Below, piece after piece: positions 39,901 to 45,772 of a stretch of DNA of 64,000 nucleotides (position 1 is its first letter; each line of letters opens with the position of its first letter). Source of the stretch: a bacterium (GTDB lineage Bacteria > Patescibacteriota > Minisyncoccia > Phycocordibacterales > UBA12088); the NCBI GenBank assembly GCA_003252295.1, contig QKEV01000003.1, positions 128,701-192,700 of the forward strand. The letters run 5' to 3'. Below the pieces are notes generated by a model. That model worked only from the letters and a program-made list of their open reading frames with translations, searched no databases and had not been told where the DNA came from. A program made the position numbers and the translations under genes.

Positions 39901-42526
39901 GCACTACAGTTTTGCAGGTATGGATACAGAAGGGGTTCAGTTCAGTGGAAACCCAAGCATAACAACACTCAATGATGGTACCTACACGCTCGATGTGGAT
40001 GGAGGTACTATGATCACCGTATCTAGTTCAACCATCAACAACAACCCTTCACGAACGTTTGATGGTCTCAGCTTCTCAACTGGAGCAGGTGTCTCATCTG
40101 GATATAACGTAACACTGAGTGGTACCACAAATAATATCTGGCAGTTTACAAACCATACGGGAAACTACGATGGTGAGGATTACGACAATGATGGTGTTGA
40201 TGCTTGCGGTCAGATCAGGTGGTCTGATAGCGCTTGTCTCGAGGTGAGTCAGACACACTACCGCTTTAGAAATGATGATGGAGGCGAGGGTGCACCGAGT
40301 GGCGAGTGGTTCAATGCGAGTTGGGATAAACGACGACTCATTAAGGTATTCAACACGAGTGGTCCAGCAGTTACTAACTACGCCTTTAAGGTTGCAATAC
40401 CGTATGACGGAGATATGCAAGCTGACTTTGATGATGTTCGGTTTACCGATAGTTCAGGAACAACTGAACTTTCATACTGGTTTGAAGATGTACAACTCTC
40501 AGCCACGGCAACAGCATGGGTAAAGATACCAAGTTTGGAGGCAAATTCGGTAAATGAGATATACATGTACTATGGTAATGCACTCGTTGCGAGTGGTGAG
40601 AATGGTGCAGACACCTTCAGTTTCTTCGATGATTTTGAGGATAATGATATTTCTGAATACTCGGGAAGCGCGCAGGACCTTTCATACTTTGCTACAAATG
40701 CGAGCTATAACTACGAAGGGTCGTACGGTCTTGCAGCATCAGGAGGTAATACTGATAAGCAGACGAATGGCGGTATTTATCAAACAAGTACGACATTTTC
40801 ACAAGGTTCTACTGTCCGTTTCTTCCAAAAAATAACAGCAGGCACTGACGATGAACCATGTACACTCTTTGGTGTACAGGGTTCTGGACAGAACTACGCT
40901 GTGTGTCTTGATCAGTATCCATCAGACACGATTGTTATATCTCGAGATGTAACGAGTAACAGTGATGATGGAAGTGCAACGGAACTTGCATCAACAGGAG
41001 TGACCTGGTCAAGCGGTTGGTATGAGGTTGAAATAAACTGGCTCACCGATGACTCTATAGATGTTACTGTGTACGATTCTACAGGAAGTGTTTTTGCAAC
41101 AGTGTCGACAACTGACAGTACGTACACTTCCGGAGGTATGGGATTTGCCTTTTGGTACCAGAGTGAAGGGTGGGATTTCTACACGGTGCGTCCATACGTA
41201 GCAAGTGACCCAAGTTATACTATTGGTGCTTCTGAGCAACCGGAGGGCGGTGCTACATGGAAGGTTGCGCAGGATACACCGCTCACTGGACAGGCTCCAA
41301 ACGAGAACTTTAGGGTGCGCTTTACTGTTGAAAATACTGGTACACAAATAACAGGGCAGACTTGGCGGTTGCAGTATGCTCCAAAGAGTACGTACGGTGC
41401 TTGTGAGGGAGTACCATCTGTAAACTACAATGATGTACCGAGTGCTGTCTCATGTGGACTTTCTCCTGTGTGTATGACCTCGAGTATTGATATTACTGAT
41501 CAGGAGACCACAACAGAACATCTCTCAACAAACCTTTTTGGTACATTTGTGAATGGTTACATGACCGAGTCACCGTCAAATCAAACAACAGCTATGACCC
41601 TTGAGCAAAATGAGTACACGGAAACAGAGTACTCAATAGAGTTTACCGATTATGCTACTGATTCAAACTACTGTTTACGTACTACAAATGGTGGTACTGA
41701 GGTTGATACCTACCTTCGTGTTGCTGAAGCTTCTGTACGTTTTGCTCCTGTTATTACCAACTGGCGTTTGAATGCTGATGAGGATATTTCACTTGTTGAG
41801 GGAGAGACAACAACAGTCTATGCAACCGGTACCGTGAGTGACCTAAATGGTTTCGGAGATATGCTCTATGCGACAAGTACTATTTACCGTTCAGGAGTTG
41901 GTTCTGATTGCACCGCAAATGACAACAACTGCTATCCAATTACCTCACTCTCGTGTCCATTTACTAACTGTTCAGGCAATTCTTGTGATGTTGAGTGTAG
42001 TGCAGAAATTCAATACTTTGCTGAACCTACTGATGCTGGTACCTATGCTGGTGAGCACTGGGAGGCAAGTCTCTTTGTGATTGATACAACAAACAACTAT
42101 GCTACTGACACATCTGTTGCAGTTGATCTCAATACACTTTGGGCACTCTCGCTCACCTCGAATGATATCAACTACGGAACGCTTGGTATTGGGGAAGATA
42201 CTGGAGCAGTAAACGCCACAACGAGTTTACAAAATACAGGAAACGATAATGTAGATGTAGAAGTTGAGGGAACCAATATGACCGCTTCAGGTAGCTCTAT
42301 TCCAGTTGGAAATCAAATGTTTGCTACATCGAGCTTTACCTACTCAAGTTGTGTTATTTGTACAGCACTTTCAGGTAGTGCGAGTCCATATGAGGTAGAT
42401 CTGATAAAACCAACTTCTGCTTCAACACCGGTAACTGACACCTTATACTGGGGTATCTACGTACCAGTAGGTACTGCAGGAACATCTCATTATGGTCAAA
42501 ACACGTTCTATGCTATTGGTGACTAA
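24905..42526 (+). CDS. Giant (about 5870-5883 aa) N-terminally membrane-anchored surface protein. Modules in order: acidic low-complexity stalk; 3 tail-collar (MdpB-like) domains; FN3-like repeats; a 7-bladed lectin-like propeller; beta-helix-like 60-aa repeats; 3 tandem 2.3-kb repeats; DUF2341 plus LamG-like; a WxL-like C-terminal domain.
   Basis: One uninterrupted ORF of 17.6 kb, with a GTG at 24875 or an ATG at 24905 as start. TM helix IPLIVATLVVFIATLVVFAV follows the start. The C-terminal 300 aa are paralogous to the ORF at 52612 (EIQYFAEPTDAGTYAGEHWE vs LWYIADPTDVGSLYAGEDWR). Confidence 0.85.
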   Translation: MLKRFSFIYRNKIPLIVATLVVFIATLVVFAVEEEKTIHVFPTAVKSENWMKENNALEQSLGDQAVLEDFDRDNSAFVIFIEHEKPDEVKEEVSEEEGGTEGVTPNDAAEETEQDGVTEEVNNEAGESTPAEEVIEEEEVEEQETIEEEESTIAPMEDLTMHEYLFDLGRGFVGKQAHAQEVVEDTEEVEQVPEEVEEPQMNSEEEAVVAEPVTEEIVEEVSEVEDIQTDETSSGVEETVSEPEEGIADEIMDEEVVEDDTENSDQVEEVQEEQEIKDVVSDEEVITDTSVEEGVDEDVRVCKVLGTECYTLEFDGFDIGSVLSEETVTGYTLNASLAAHSDIDRFTDDKVLVRYFYKGKWHLAGEIAIRDTISNFENGGHFRFALPDLSGWDALHTFKVEFEFVRQSDVRTDFYLDSVWVETTYRTDGNEGPVFPDNVLEELEHLEQARRGDLLRVDDDTVITLPYATTDGDDLVIRSSEVALESPGTGEMYFSVTNIGDSKKDFSLSFYMPDEESEPQMLRQWMYNIPEEEEVIEYGSLAQYCEGTWVPDEDEPERYLCAETGVDLYCSELNSDMTNCIENNVEVGRHTETAYREGWHEYLLDQEVKESSNEEEVGENGETATDAMSAQVAATEDEKEKESFIDRVRRWFSFTKQPERDAAVTYTSKNTFTVAPDQTLFFSSRIEYPQISEGGFAVVATARNEAPALDISWKSDWRYRLPVEFDRDMVGDRLDLKLTVDDVPHMFSHVGDWSQLFIREADSHSAEWLPFTHTVVSDSRVELSVDLSTLSSGAHELEVYYGDDEVMKEERKLRGSKLFINPEALSLGRDAEGAADDLTELGYRVGTVQEVVLDDEPNHRVLVGEEEDGSFPEDGKLVFAYRSNRAESREGVFADVPDTNDFSIARATLIHAGKGEVPDTSVIKTVGNEWVLNTGMSKRTFTPGKYILEVEVVEGDTRYVDTQEFYWGVLTWNTTKSVYEVGETATMHMGVLADSGSTVCDATLELTLRTPSGEEVTVPVSASGVCVGNTVVGVPDYSAAYTLGEVGTYDVLLKSIGKDGTVLHQIEDSIVVETNTPYIIERTGPTRIYPVADYIMMLAVTTDNTYVGTVREVVPASFRVYDYGDARIYTEGNETFIEWDVALIGGERAELSYSFDAPDISPYVYRLGPATLGDVFTELREWQIASDATGNMLILWDDGATVPTGWTCVSCTSGDPFYQRFIMGSSTYNTTGGATTHNHSATGSVYTSGAGATESLGSGVIEVVGHTHTYTPTISSENNLPLYRQLRVLEYNSAGEPTELPAGAIVYFDATVPSGWTQYAAQDGYYVYGENTPGTTGGSNTHSHTISGSTDTSVGDSVGSRGGGTQASAATDAHTHTVSGGTLTDSNEPPYVEMILGKLDATTTLPNGMIGMWTDEVPTGWLTISSSTETLENKFIKPAATYGSEGGSAAHAHSDVTGLTSSLVGGAASRAGSSGVEPHTHTVDVTSFSTESSLPPYATAIFGKRFSDDPIYTQNYYRFYVNEDAEPPTDPWPAGVTDLAENARITTSDYTSKGDVVRMRMSVSVTNATSTADTDAFKLQYAAGSTCSDSGLVWYDVAPIGSTTAPWRGYDNSSLTDGTEVSSTTLSVSDVFETYEEENPSASTTNDIEIDQEGEWDWVVQHNNASAGTDYCFRMVQSDGRVFSGYNNYPQLITDEAPVAATLLTPFDNEKASSTAPVFTFYTTDPEGDAIHYQIQVDDDYLFGSPVIDANSITSTSDFGNVDTPADKAPFNSGDTMKYDGASGLSNNTTYWWRVRGRDTEGSDQWGDWSDARSFTTDTSVTISTWFQTTDEQFDTDTLTGTESSGGSDQVVLTTGSTTGSVVSTAIDFDWGTDGNAWGYLYFTDTEISSDLKYSIEYYDTDSEEWGLIPDTDLSGNSTGFDTSPVTLLSLDTSTYNQIRLVADLTNSGASPILHDWTVEWGTRVQQPTLMKLFDNEKTGTTTPSFEFTTTDPQDDDLVYEINWSTDYTFITGITSRVSDTDTGFQNITNGVDTSPFTSGDDIRFTVQGSDALTNGSTYWWRVRAKDPSGGDTWSDWSEKWSFTVDTSVVASTWFQTTNEQFDTDGLFGITTLGGNAEVATSVTDVLVAYGQAGSNAPKYRFWDGSSWGNEYSALDVGAVPYWVVTHAHPSAEMYALATIGLDADVNVQLYEDGSWGSLQEMTTTISNTNARGVDIAFEQSSGDLMVAYCDGDADPSYRVYNESTGWGTVGAINLSSTNNCEWIQLAADPVSDEIIVVSLDSTGSQYEAQVWNGTAWGNATIMGSMLTSGHEGIAVEYEESGDQAIVAVSDGNGNRIRYNTWNGTTWGTVSTEALGDNYEWGTFARDDGTDAMTLCYVDFDTDIGALFWTGSAWVAYTERETVGSTNSARPVACQYETEGVRDGYLMMSYSDDTNARYQAYNGATWSTEASISTITDSAPVQSVRSDDGLILSMFFDGTNGRYDFSYWNGSSWSTAETLESSPSVTGAPYKEPFMMAPRNSAVEGTMYSSAINYSDGTGPQWDLVSWNDSEPGASTLIYQVQYYDDSTSNWLLVPDSALLGNSVGTSTSPIDISNLSTVTYSQIRIKASFTCDSGSCPSLYDWTVTWSEGFTVSGIAREYDQTTAVTAGSIAIAVNGSLQVGKTGTVSGGVWTISNVTAFEDDVITVWIDGAAEANEAVGVTRYDGLGPITGMTLYERHLAIGSDDHPTISNTDLAYFDYSVSGDEDILHDVDINNDLYVCATGQATCGNEQLWVQDGSVFEPATSTSEFVYTHDVDIEGTIEGDSNTFEVSGSWTNEGIFNADGSSVVFDATSTSESIDSSSATTSSFYDVTFGQGASTATWSLSSPLDVNGSLTLASGTFAPGAGYTISVAEDLTVESAGVFTKNTGTTTLDGTLQSYWTDSSATLQDMGTVVVDGTSKTVSLGSDVRATTVVIGADDILALGGNTLELTGSFDNNGSLVPQLGEVLFIGTTVGNTVDGGASSFYDLSFNGSGGNWSFPSGRVSVSNDVSIVDGIVTMPNGTSTIGGSLTVTGGSFVHNNGVVYFTSNTTETITANSSLFYDMKFNGNGNWTITDTNATSSNDVSLLSGTLHAPTGTFAIGGSLIATGGIYNHSSGTLRLYGSGVEVLRVNNSNLNDVLIDGTGSYTMTDTNLSILGDLDMYTAGVTFPTGVLTLSGSLNNVSGSFTHNSGSVLFNATSTGHSVTVNGSPFYNVTFDAAAGGWTVTNSATSANNWSLLAASSFTAPNGGTVEVQGDFLNEVGGVETNWTGSTLYLNSGATSTINTKVLGADSYATLQVGANTGVKMWNSDASSYLIDSSGYLYSQDHAGSDGDLYVWGSYVRDSGTEYWSYATDFDGEDITGSERAVSVLFADGAYATVTEATLEILGTAAATTTIDRQGSGSYSVVLSDGAVNAQYYSFANLNSNGFTLTGSSSITKLGYGAYTLGVNGGSLITVSSTTLDANPARQWSGMNFATTTAISGYNVSLIGTPVSYWTFKDHTGNLSGEEYDNDPGGDPGNLRWDDSAFSITISGTVYSDVASGVPSFCDGSTDTVFLKVDGGGSWSTSCDAGTGAYSISGVDFSGDATLTLYLKSAGTTGAVVTKTPNGDIADMDIYEHYTIVRHEDVSPLAIADMDTFDSGDDSDVPFTVAVGTPNTLTVASDSGLYIWNGKEFAPDGNITLLGGGAGASYDGTLRFGTSSVLTAQGIETYTVGGSWIAVQPSTFIKAESTVVFSATTGGKILAPASTFNNVTFNGTGGVWSIASSTTVRGEIDLSAGTVTGSADLTVFLGPVTGAGVFDMTGGTVTILSGSDFGGTVDWTFNNLIFSTTTATTTTKVGAGNVVIDGTLTIGTNNTLEAGNVEWFFGGSGDVLIIDGVFDPQTSTTTYNGSSDLTVAATDYHMLNFAPTSGAPTYTIEAGNFSVDENMFVGSGSTVTVTADTNDPLITVLGDVTIAGNGTYIAAGSNDLFIGGSYDNNGTFTANAGGVIFNSTDTGETIAAGSSPLHHVYFTSDTGGWTLTENLTASGNFVLASSSDWTLASGSTLQVQGVFNNHVGGSATTWTGSTLTLNSGTSYSINGSGHTGDSYSTLNIGANTDVKMWYSSSTSYSVNASGSLYSQDHSGVDGDLYIFGDFVQSSGNQYWSYATDFDGSDLSGGTERKVDVYVANGSDVTLSGGTLELLGTSTATTTITNQGSGIYGFAVTGGTIDAEYYALRNLDATGLNISGSPTITSLSYGDYELAVNGGSLITVAGSAITANQLRIMYNNRFATSSGALSGTNVTATGVTGSSWRFTSHYGGLDGEGYDTDPGGDPGYVIWDDSAAQITISGNVLGTDEATVSSACDGSSQVVRFLINGASPQTTSCNAGTGYYAFTGIVYNVGDVFTVYLDTNGGAKASNVTVDPITNINDMHLYENRAIVRHESGTPVTITDLAVYDSDQDSDIPYDADAGSFTVTTGGKLIVWSGKSFAPGGDVTVASLGNGTSYDGDIELKDTASFIAAGTENHTIGGSFISGSGASLTAANSTFNFTSTSTGETIDTNTSAFANITFNGSGADWTFLEANATTTGDVTITNGTVTLATSSLAVGGSFVNTDTFIGTTTVFNFTSATAESVTFGGYDTGSLNFTGTGSWIMTDTDATTTGSVYIGNGLVILPSGTLAVRTSFENDGADMYHTGTLNLYGSEAAQTLAFGSSTAGSVLISGGGSWIFGNTQATTTGSVTIENGGLTAPSEALGIGGSLVSSGIFNANAGLLNFFATTTGHTVAVNGAVLGTVYFDGVGGGWTVAGSATSTSDWRLLHGSSFEMASSTILEVGGEFENIIGGSATNWTDSTLYLNASGTTFAINGKTDNGDSYANLIIGENTEVSMWNSSGATTTVDSTSYLYSQDHAANDGDLYIYGTYILTSGNEYWSYATDFDGTSLGGSSRAVDVRIASSSSVTVTGGTLEMLGVSGGTTTVDVIGGTGGYGFAIAGGTFNAEHYSFAGMDTEGVQFSGNPSITTLNDGTYTLDVDGGTMITVSSSTINNNPSRTFDGLSFSTGAGVSSGYNVTLSGTTNNIWQFTNHTGNYDGEDYDNDGVDACGQIRWSDSACLEVSQTHYRFRNDDGGEGAPSGEWFNASWDKRRLIKVFNTSGPAVTNYAFKVAIPYDGDMQADFDDVRFTDSSGTTELSYWFEDVQLSATATAWVKIPSLEANSVNEIYMYYGNALVASGENGADTFSFFDDFEDNDISEYSGSAQDLSYFATNASYNYEGSYGLAASGGNTDKQTNGGIYQTSTTFSQGSTVRFFQKITAGTDDEPCTLFGVQGSGQNYAVCLDQYPSDTIVISRDVTSNSDDGSATELASTGVTWSSGWYEVEINWLTDDSIDVTVYDSTGSVFATVSTTDSTYTSGGMGFAFWYQSEGWDFYTVRPYVASDPSYTIGASEQPEGGATWKVAQDTPLTGQAPNENFRVRFTVENTGTQITGQTWRLQYAPKSTYGACEGVPSVNYNDVPSAVSCGLSPVCMTSSIDITDQETTTEHLSTNLFGTFVNGYMTESPSNQTTAMTLEQNEYTETEYSIEFTDYATDSNYCLRTTNGGTEVDTYLRVAEASVRFAPVITNWRLNADEDISLVEGETTTVYATGTVSDLNGFGDMLYATSTIYRSGVGSDCTANDNNCYPITSLSCPFTNCSGNSCDVECSAEIQYFAEPTDAGTYAGEHWEASLFVIDTTNNYATDTSVAVDLNTLWALSLTSNDINYGTLGIGEDTGAVNATTSLQNTGNDNVDVEVEGTNMTASGSSIPVGNQMFATSSFTYSSCVICTALSGSASPYEVDLIKPTSASTPVTDTLYWGIYVPVGTAGTSHYGQNTFYAIGD
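28472..29420 (+). other. Three tandem phage tail-collar / MdpB-like domains inside the giant protein.
   Basis: Repeats of G.I..W.d.vPtGW...(sg. F)...G....g..GG...H.H...G, e.g. LILWDDGATVPTGWTCVSC...TTGGATTHNHSATGS; AIVYFDATVPSGWTQY...TTGGSNTHSHTISGS; MIGMWTDEVPTGWLTISS...EGGSAAHAHSDVTG. Each is followed by ...HTHT...LPPY....G(K). Confidence 0.6.
31283..32405 (+). other. Seven-bladed beta-propeller with RSL/AAL/PLL-type fucose-lectin-like blades, inside the giant protein.
   Basis: Seven approximately 50-aa repeats: KYRFWDGSSWGNE, SYRVYNESTGWGTV, YEAQVWNGTAWGNA, RIRYNTWNGTTWGTV, GALFWTGSAWVAY, RYQAYNGATWSTE, RYDFSYWNGSSWSTA. They match the (R)vY...nG..W.t blade signature of Ralstonia RSL / Aleuria AAL / Photorhabdus PLL lectins. 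Confidence 0.5.
33300..34760 (+). repeat. Degenerate repeats of about 60 aa (180 nt), beta-helix-like, inside the giant protein.
   Basis: Recurrent units F(Y)D(V/L/M).F.G.GG.W(S/T)......(T/V).NDVS...G.(L/V).(A/M)P.G(T/L).(T/A)(I/L)GGSL...GG.F.HN.G.(V/L).F.. Confidence 0.6.
34762..40250 (+). repeat. Three in-frame tandem repeats of about 2.3 kb (units near 34762-37149 and 37150-39442; third unit from 39443 to about 40250 is truncated).
   Basis: Each unit starts T(N/T)WTGSTL(Y/T)LNSG and contains YLYSQDH.G.DGDLY..G....SG..YWSYATDFDG...L.GGT.RAV.V, then Y..D.DPGGDPG...WDDSA, then ITISG.V....A.V.S.CDGS. The units are about 60-70% identical at protein level. Confidence 0.85.
40320..41200 (+). other. 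DUF2341-like domain followed by a LamG / concanavalin-like domain, inside the giant protein.
   Basis: WDKRRLIKVFNTSGPAVTNYAFKVAIPYDGDMQADFDDVRFTDSSGTTELSYWFEDV...ATAWVKIPSL...NEIYMYYGN matches the DUF2341 pattern (W.yR..i.i.....l.nf.v.......F.D.RF.d..G..L.Y.iE.....A.vWVk.P.l....IY.YYGN). Confidence 0.5.
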
Positions 42527-42541
42527 ACATACAATATATAT

Positions 42542-43225
42542 ATGAAGTTTTTGATCACCATTTTAATTGCAGTACTACTTGGAGGAGGAGGGACATTCTT
42601 GTGGGTGTACTATGGTGGTTTTGAAGAGGAAAAATCAGAAGCCGTAGCGTTTATTGATATGTACGGTGAGTATAATGAAGTGGCAGAACAGGTTGAGTTT
42701 TTGGTACATCTTCCTGGTACAGAGAATAATACCGATAGGGCAGAGTTATTTTCACTATTGAGCTCCATGCTTACTGAAACAATGGAACCAGTGCGACGTG
42801 AAGAGCTTGCTCGTCTCGCATACACGAATCTTGATGCACTTAAGAAAGAGGTGGATGCTGCACAAATTGCTCAGGCAAAACTATACGATGCACTACAAGA
42901 ACTCGAATTAGCTGCTAATAGTTTCAAATCAATTGAGCTTCGAACAAAAGCAGGTGAGATAGTATTGCTTTCTCGAAAACGAGCAGAGGTTTCAGCAAGG
43001 ATCACCTCTGTGCTATCAGAAACAAATGAGCAAACGCACTCTATTATCACTCGCATCCTTTCAGAAGAGGGTGTTCTGTCACATCAACATATTATTGAGA
43101 TAAATGCTACTACAGAAAGTGCCGAAGAGCGTTTTGCAACACTTGAGGGGCTATACAGTCAGCTTATACGTATGAAGGAAGAAGTGGATACGTTATTTAC
43201 TGAATTTGTTCAAGCCGCATTGTAG
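42542..43225 (+). CDS. Small membrane-anchored coiled-coil protein, hypothetical.
   Basis: N-terminal TM helix FLITILIAVLLGGGGTFLWVYY. The rest is helical and charged. Start is 15 nt after the giant gene's stop. Confidence 0.5.
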   Translation: MKFLITILIAVLLGGGGTFLWVYYGGFEEEKSEAVAFIDMYGEYNEVAEQVEFLVHLPGTENNTDRAELFSLLSSMLTETMEPVRREELARLAYTNLDALKKEVDAAQIAQAKLYDALQELELAANSFKSIELRTKAGEIVLLSRKRAEVSARITSVLSETNEQTHSIITRILSEEGVLSHQHIIEINATTESAEERFATLEGLYSQLIRMKEEVDTLFTEFVQAAL

Positions 43226-43285
43226 CTTTCCACAATACGGGGAAAAGACAGAAGTAAAGGGGATAAAAACACATATAATAGAAGT

Positions 43286-45772
43286 ATGAGGACAGTACGC
43301 ATACAAGTTGCTGTTGGGATGAGCTTTTTTGCTCTCATGCTGTCTTTGTTCTCCTATTCATTCGGCACAACTTTTGATACTGCGGAGCGTGGCACCCTCC
43401 TTGCAGCCGTTTGTTACGATGCTAACAACATGCCATATGACTGTAGTGATGAAGATTATATGGATTTGTTGGATGGTACTACAGATACCACTACCACAGA
43501 GAACACAACAAGTGATGAGACAGTGGTTGATGATGCAGCAACAAATGATGAAGTTACTTCTTCTGACGCTCTATCGGCACGTTGTCCATTTGAGAAAAAG
43601 GACAACAGGACCATTGTTGATTTTACTAATGGTGGAACAGAAGCGTTACAAGATCTTACTATTGTGGCAAATGGTACCCGTGATGATGCTGTTAACGATC
43701 ATGCAGTTTGGTTGACCAAAGGAGTATACAACATCCATCTCGCAAGTCAGCATCAGATAGATAATACTGATTTGAAGACGTCATACAATGAACGATGGTA
43801 CGTTGATTTGTACAACCCATCGGGATCCAAGATATTTACGAGTGATTCAATACGATACACATACCATGATGAACTGTATGTAGAAGAAACAGTTGAGCAA
43901 GATGCACAGATCACTGATACAGTAGCGTGGGTGGATGCTGTACACACAGCCTATTTGGCAGATAGTTCGTTTACTTTAGCGCCACTGTGCGTAGCATTTG
44001 ATTACCAAGGAGCACTTCCTGGTGATGAAGACACTACTGAAACAACTACAAAATATAGCGATGATCCTGTTTTATCTACCGTTCTAAAGTGTCCTCTTTT
44101 GGCAAAAACAGGACGGACAATTTTTGATTTTACTGCTAATGGTACAGTGCCGCTCGGTGATCACAGGGTGAGTGCTGATCCATCTACTGGTGTTCCTAGT
44201 GTTACTGGGGTGAAAGAGTTTTTATTGCCCGCAGGTGTCTATGCGGTGACAGCGGTGAGTTATGGTCGTGATTTAAATACTAGTGAATCAAATAGTCAGA
44301 TGTGGTATCTTCGTCTTTTAAACAAGAACAAAGGTTCTGTTGTAAGTACACCAACCACAAGTGATGTTTCTGAAAGTGAAACGTATCATTTAGATGTTTT
44401 GAGTAAAAATTTTACGGTTAATCAGCAGGTAGGGTATGCATATGCACAACATGGTTGGTTTTTACCTGATGATCCAAATAGTGTCGCTCCAGTTTGCGTT
44501 GTCTTTGATTTATTACAACCACTTAATGATACAACAACCACTACTACTGTAGAACCAGTAGTTACTACTCCGACGGATACCACTACTACGGTTACTGCTC
44601 CAACAGCAGTTACCTCAGCAACAGTATCTACACAACTAACAGCACCTTCAACTGCTTCATACAATATTTTTACCGGAGTTGAAGGGGAGGGTGCCTCTGA
44701 GACATCGGGAACCATTGTTATGAATAGCGATGGGGTGGCTGATGTTGAACGTGTAGTAACTACCTACAAGAGTGTTGGTGTAAACAACAGTACAGAAGAA
44801 GTGTATCTTCCTACACAAGTAGTAGAAGAGAGGGAAAAAATAATAACAGGATTGGATAAACCATTGCTGTTTTCTCTGACACAAATGATGGAAGTGCAAC
44901 GAAAAGAGGTAGTGAGAACATATATCGAACTTCATGAGACAGATGAGGCAAGGGTAGAAGAGAAAACACAAACAGTTGTTGCAAGAAAAAGTATAGAGGA
45001 GCATGTTGGTAGCAGTACTCCAGGTGATCTTGGTTATGTCTATGAGGCATTTCGATTACAGGAACGTACTGAACTTGATCCAGACAATAAAGATTCTGAC
45101 GGTGACGGAGTTACTGATTATGACGAACAGTATGTTTATAAAACTGACCCAAACAATGCATTTACAGGAGGTGATATTCTTACCGATGGAGAACGAATTC
45201 TCCTGGGACTTAATCCAAAAGACAGTTCACTTGACCCTATTCCTGTAGAGTCACCAAGATTTGCCGGAGAGGAGGCGAAAGACCTTTTTGTGGTAGAGAA
45301 CATTGATCTTGTGCAAGAAGATACAGCTGATTCTGATGTTGCTCCACAGAAGCAAATGCGAGTACGAGGAAAAGCACAACCAAGTTCTTTTGTTACTTTG
45401 TATGTATACTCAACCCCTATTGTTGTAACAGTACGTACAGATGAAAGTGGGGCATTTGAGTACTTGTTTGATAAGACACTTGAGGATGGAGATCATGAGT
45501 TGTTTGTTGCGAGTGTAAACACCTCTGGAAAAATTCTTGCAAAGAGTGAATCGTTCCCATTTATTAAAACTGCTGAAGCTATCGAGTATACGCCTATAAT
45601 TACCGTACAAATGGATGATCCTGTAGATACCTCAATGCAAACTTTTGTGACATTTATGCTCATGCTCCTCATACTTGTTGTGGTTGGTGCTGTTGTGTGG
45701 ATCGGTATGCAGAGACCACATGTGTCTGATGGGGTAGATACTATTGAGAAGCTTGAAGATGACATACGTTAA
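43286..45772 (+). CDS. Type-I membrane-anchored surface protein. It has two tandem Cys-bounded domains of about 150 aa, Thr-rich linkers, a calcium-binding TSP3-like DxDGDGxxD motif, an Ig-like domain and a C-terminal TM helix.
   Basis: Signal peptide. Repeats CPFEKKDNRTIVDFTNGG...LAPLCVAFD and CPLLAKTGRTIFDFTANG...VAPVCVVFD. DSDGDGVTDYDEQ. TM helix FVTFMLMLLILVVVGAVVWIGM. TATAAT at 43274-43279 lies 6 nt before the ATG. Confidence 0.7.
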   Translation: MRTVRIQVAVGMSFFALMLSLFSYSFGTTFDTAERGTLLAAVCYDANNMPYDCSDEDYMDLLDGTTDTTTTENTTSDETVVDDAATNDEVTSSDALSARCPFEKKDNRTIVDFTNGGTEALQDLTIVANGTRDDAVNDHAVWLTKGVYNIHLASQHQIDNTDLKTSYNERWYVDLYNPSGSKIFTSDSIRYTYHDELYVEETVEQDAQITDTVAWVDAVHTAYLADSSFTLAPLCVAFDYQGALPGDEDTTETTTKYSDDPVLSTVLKCPLLAKTGRTIFDFTANGTVPLGDHRVSADPSTGVPSVTGVKEFLLPAGVYAVTAVSYGRDLNTSESNSQMWYLRLLNKNKGSVVSTPTTSDVSESETYHLDVLSKNFTVNQQVGYAYAQHGWFLPDDPNSVAPVCVVFDLLQPLNDTTTTTTVEPVVTTPTDTTTTVTAPTAVTSATVSTQLTAPSTASYNIFTGVEGEGASETSGTIVMNSDGVADVERVVTTYKSVGVNNSTEEVYLPTQVVEEREKIITGLDKPLLFSLTQMMEVQRKEVVRTYIELHETDEARVEEKTQTVVARKSIEEHVGSSTPGDLGYVYEAFRLQERTELDPDNKDSDGDGVTDYDEQYVYKTDPNNAFTGGDILTDGERILLGLNPKDSSLDPIPVESPRFAGEEAKDLFVVENIDLVQEDTADSDVAPQKQMRVRGKAQPSSFVTLYVYSTPIVVTVRTDESGAFEYLFDKTLEDGDHELFVASVNTSGKILAKSESFPFIKTAEAIEYTPIITVQMDDPVDTSMQTFVTFMLMLLILVVVGAVVWIGMQRPHVSDGVDTIEKLEDDIR

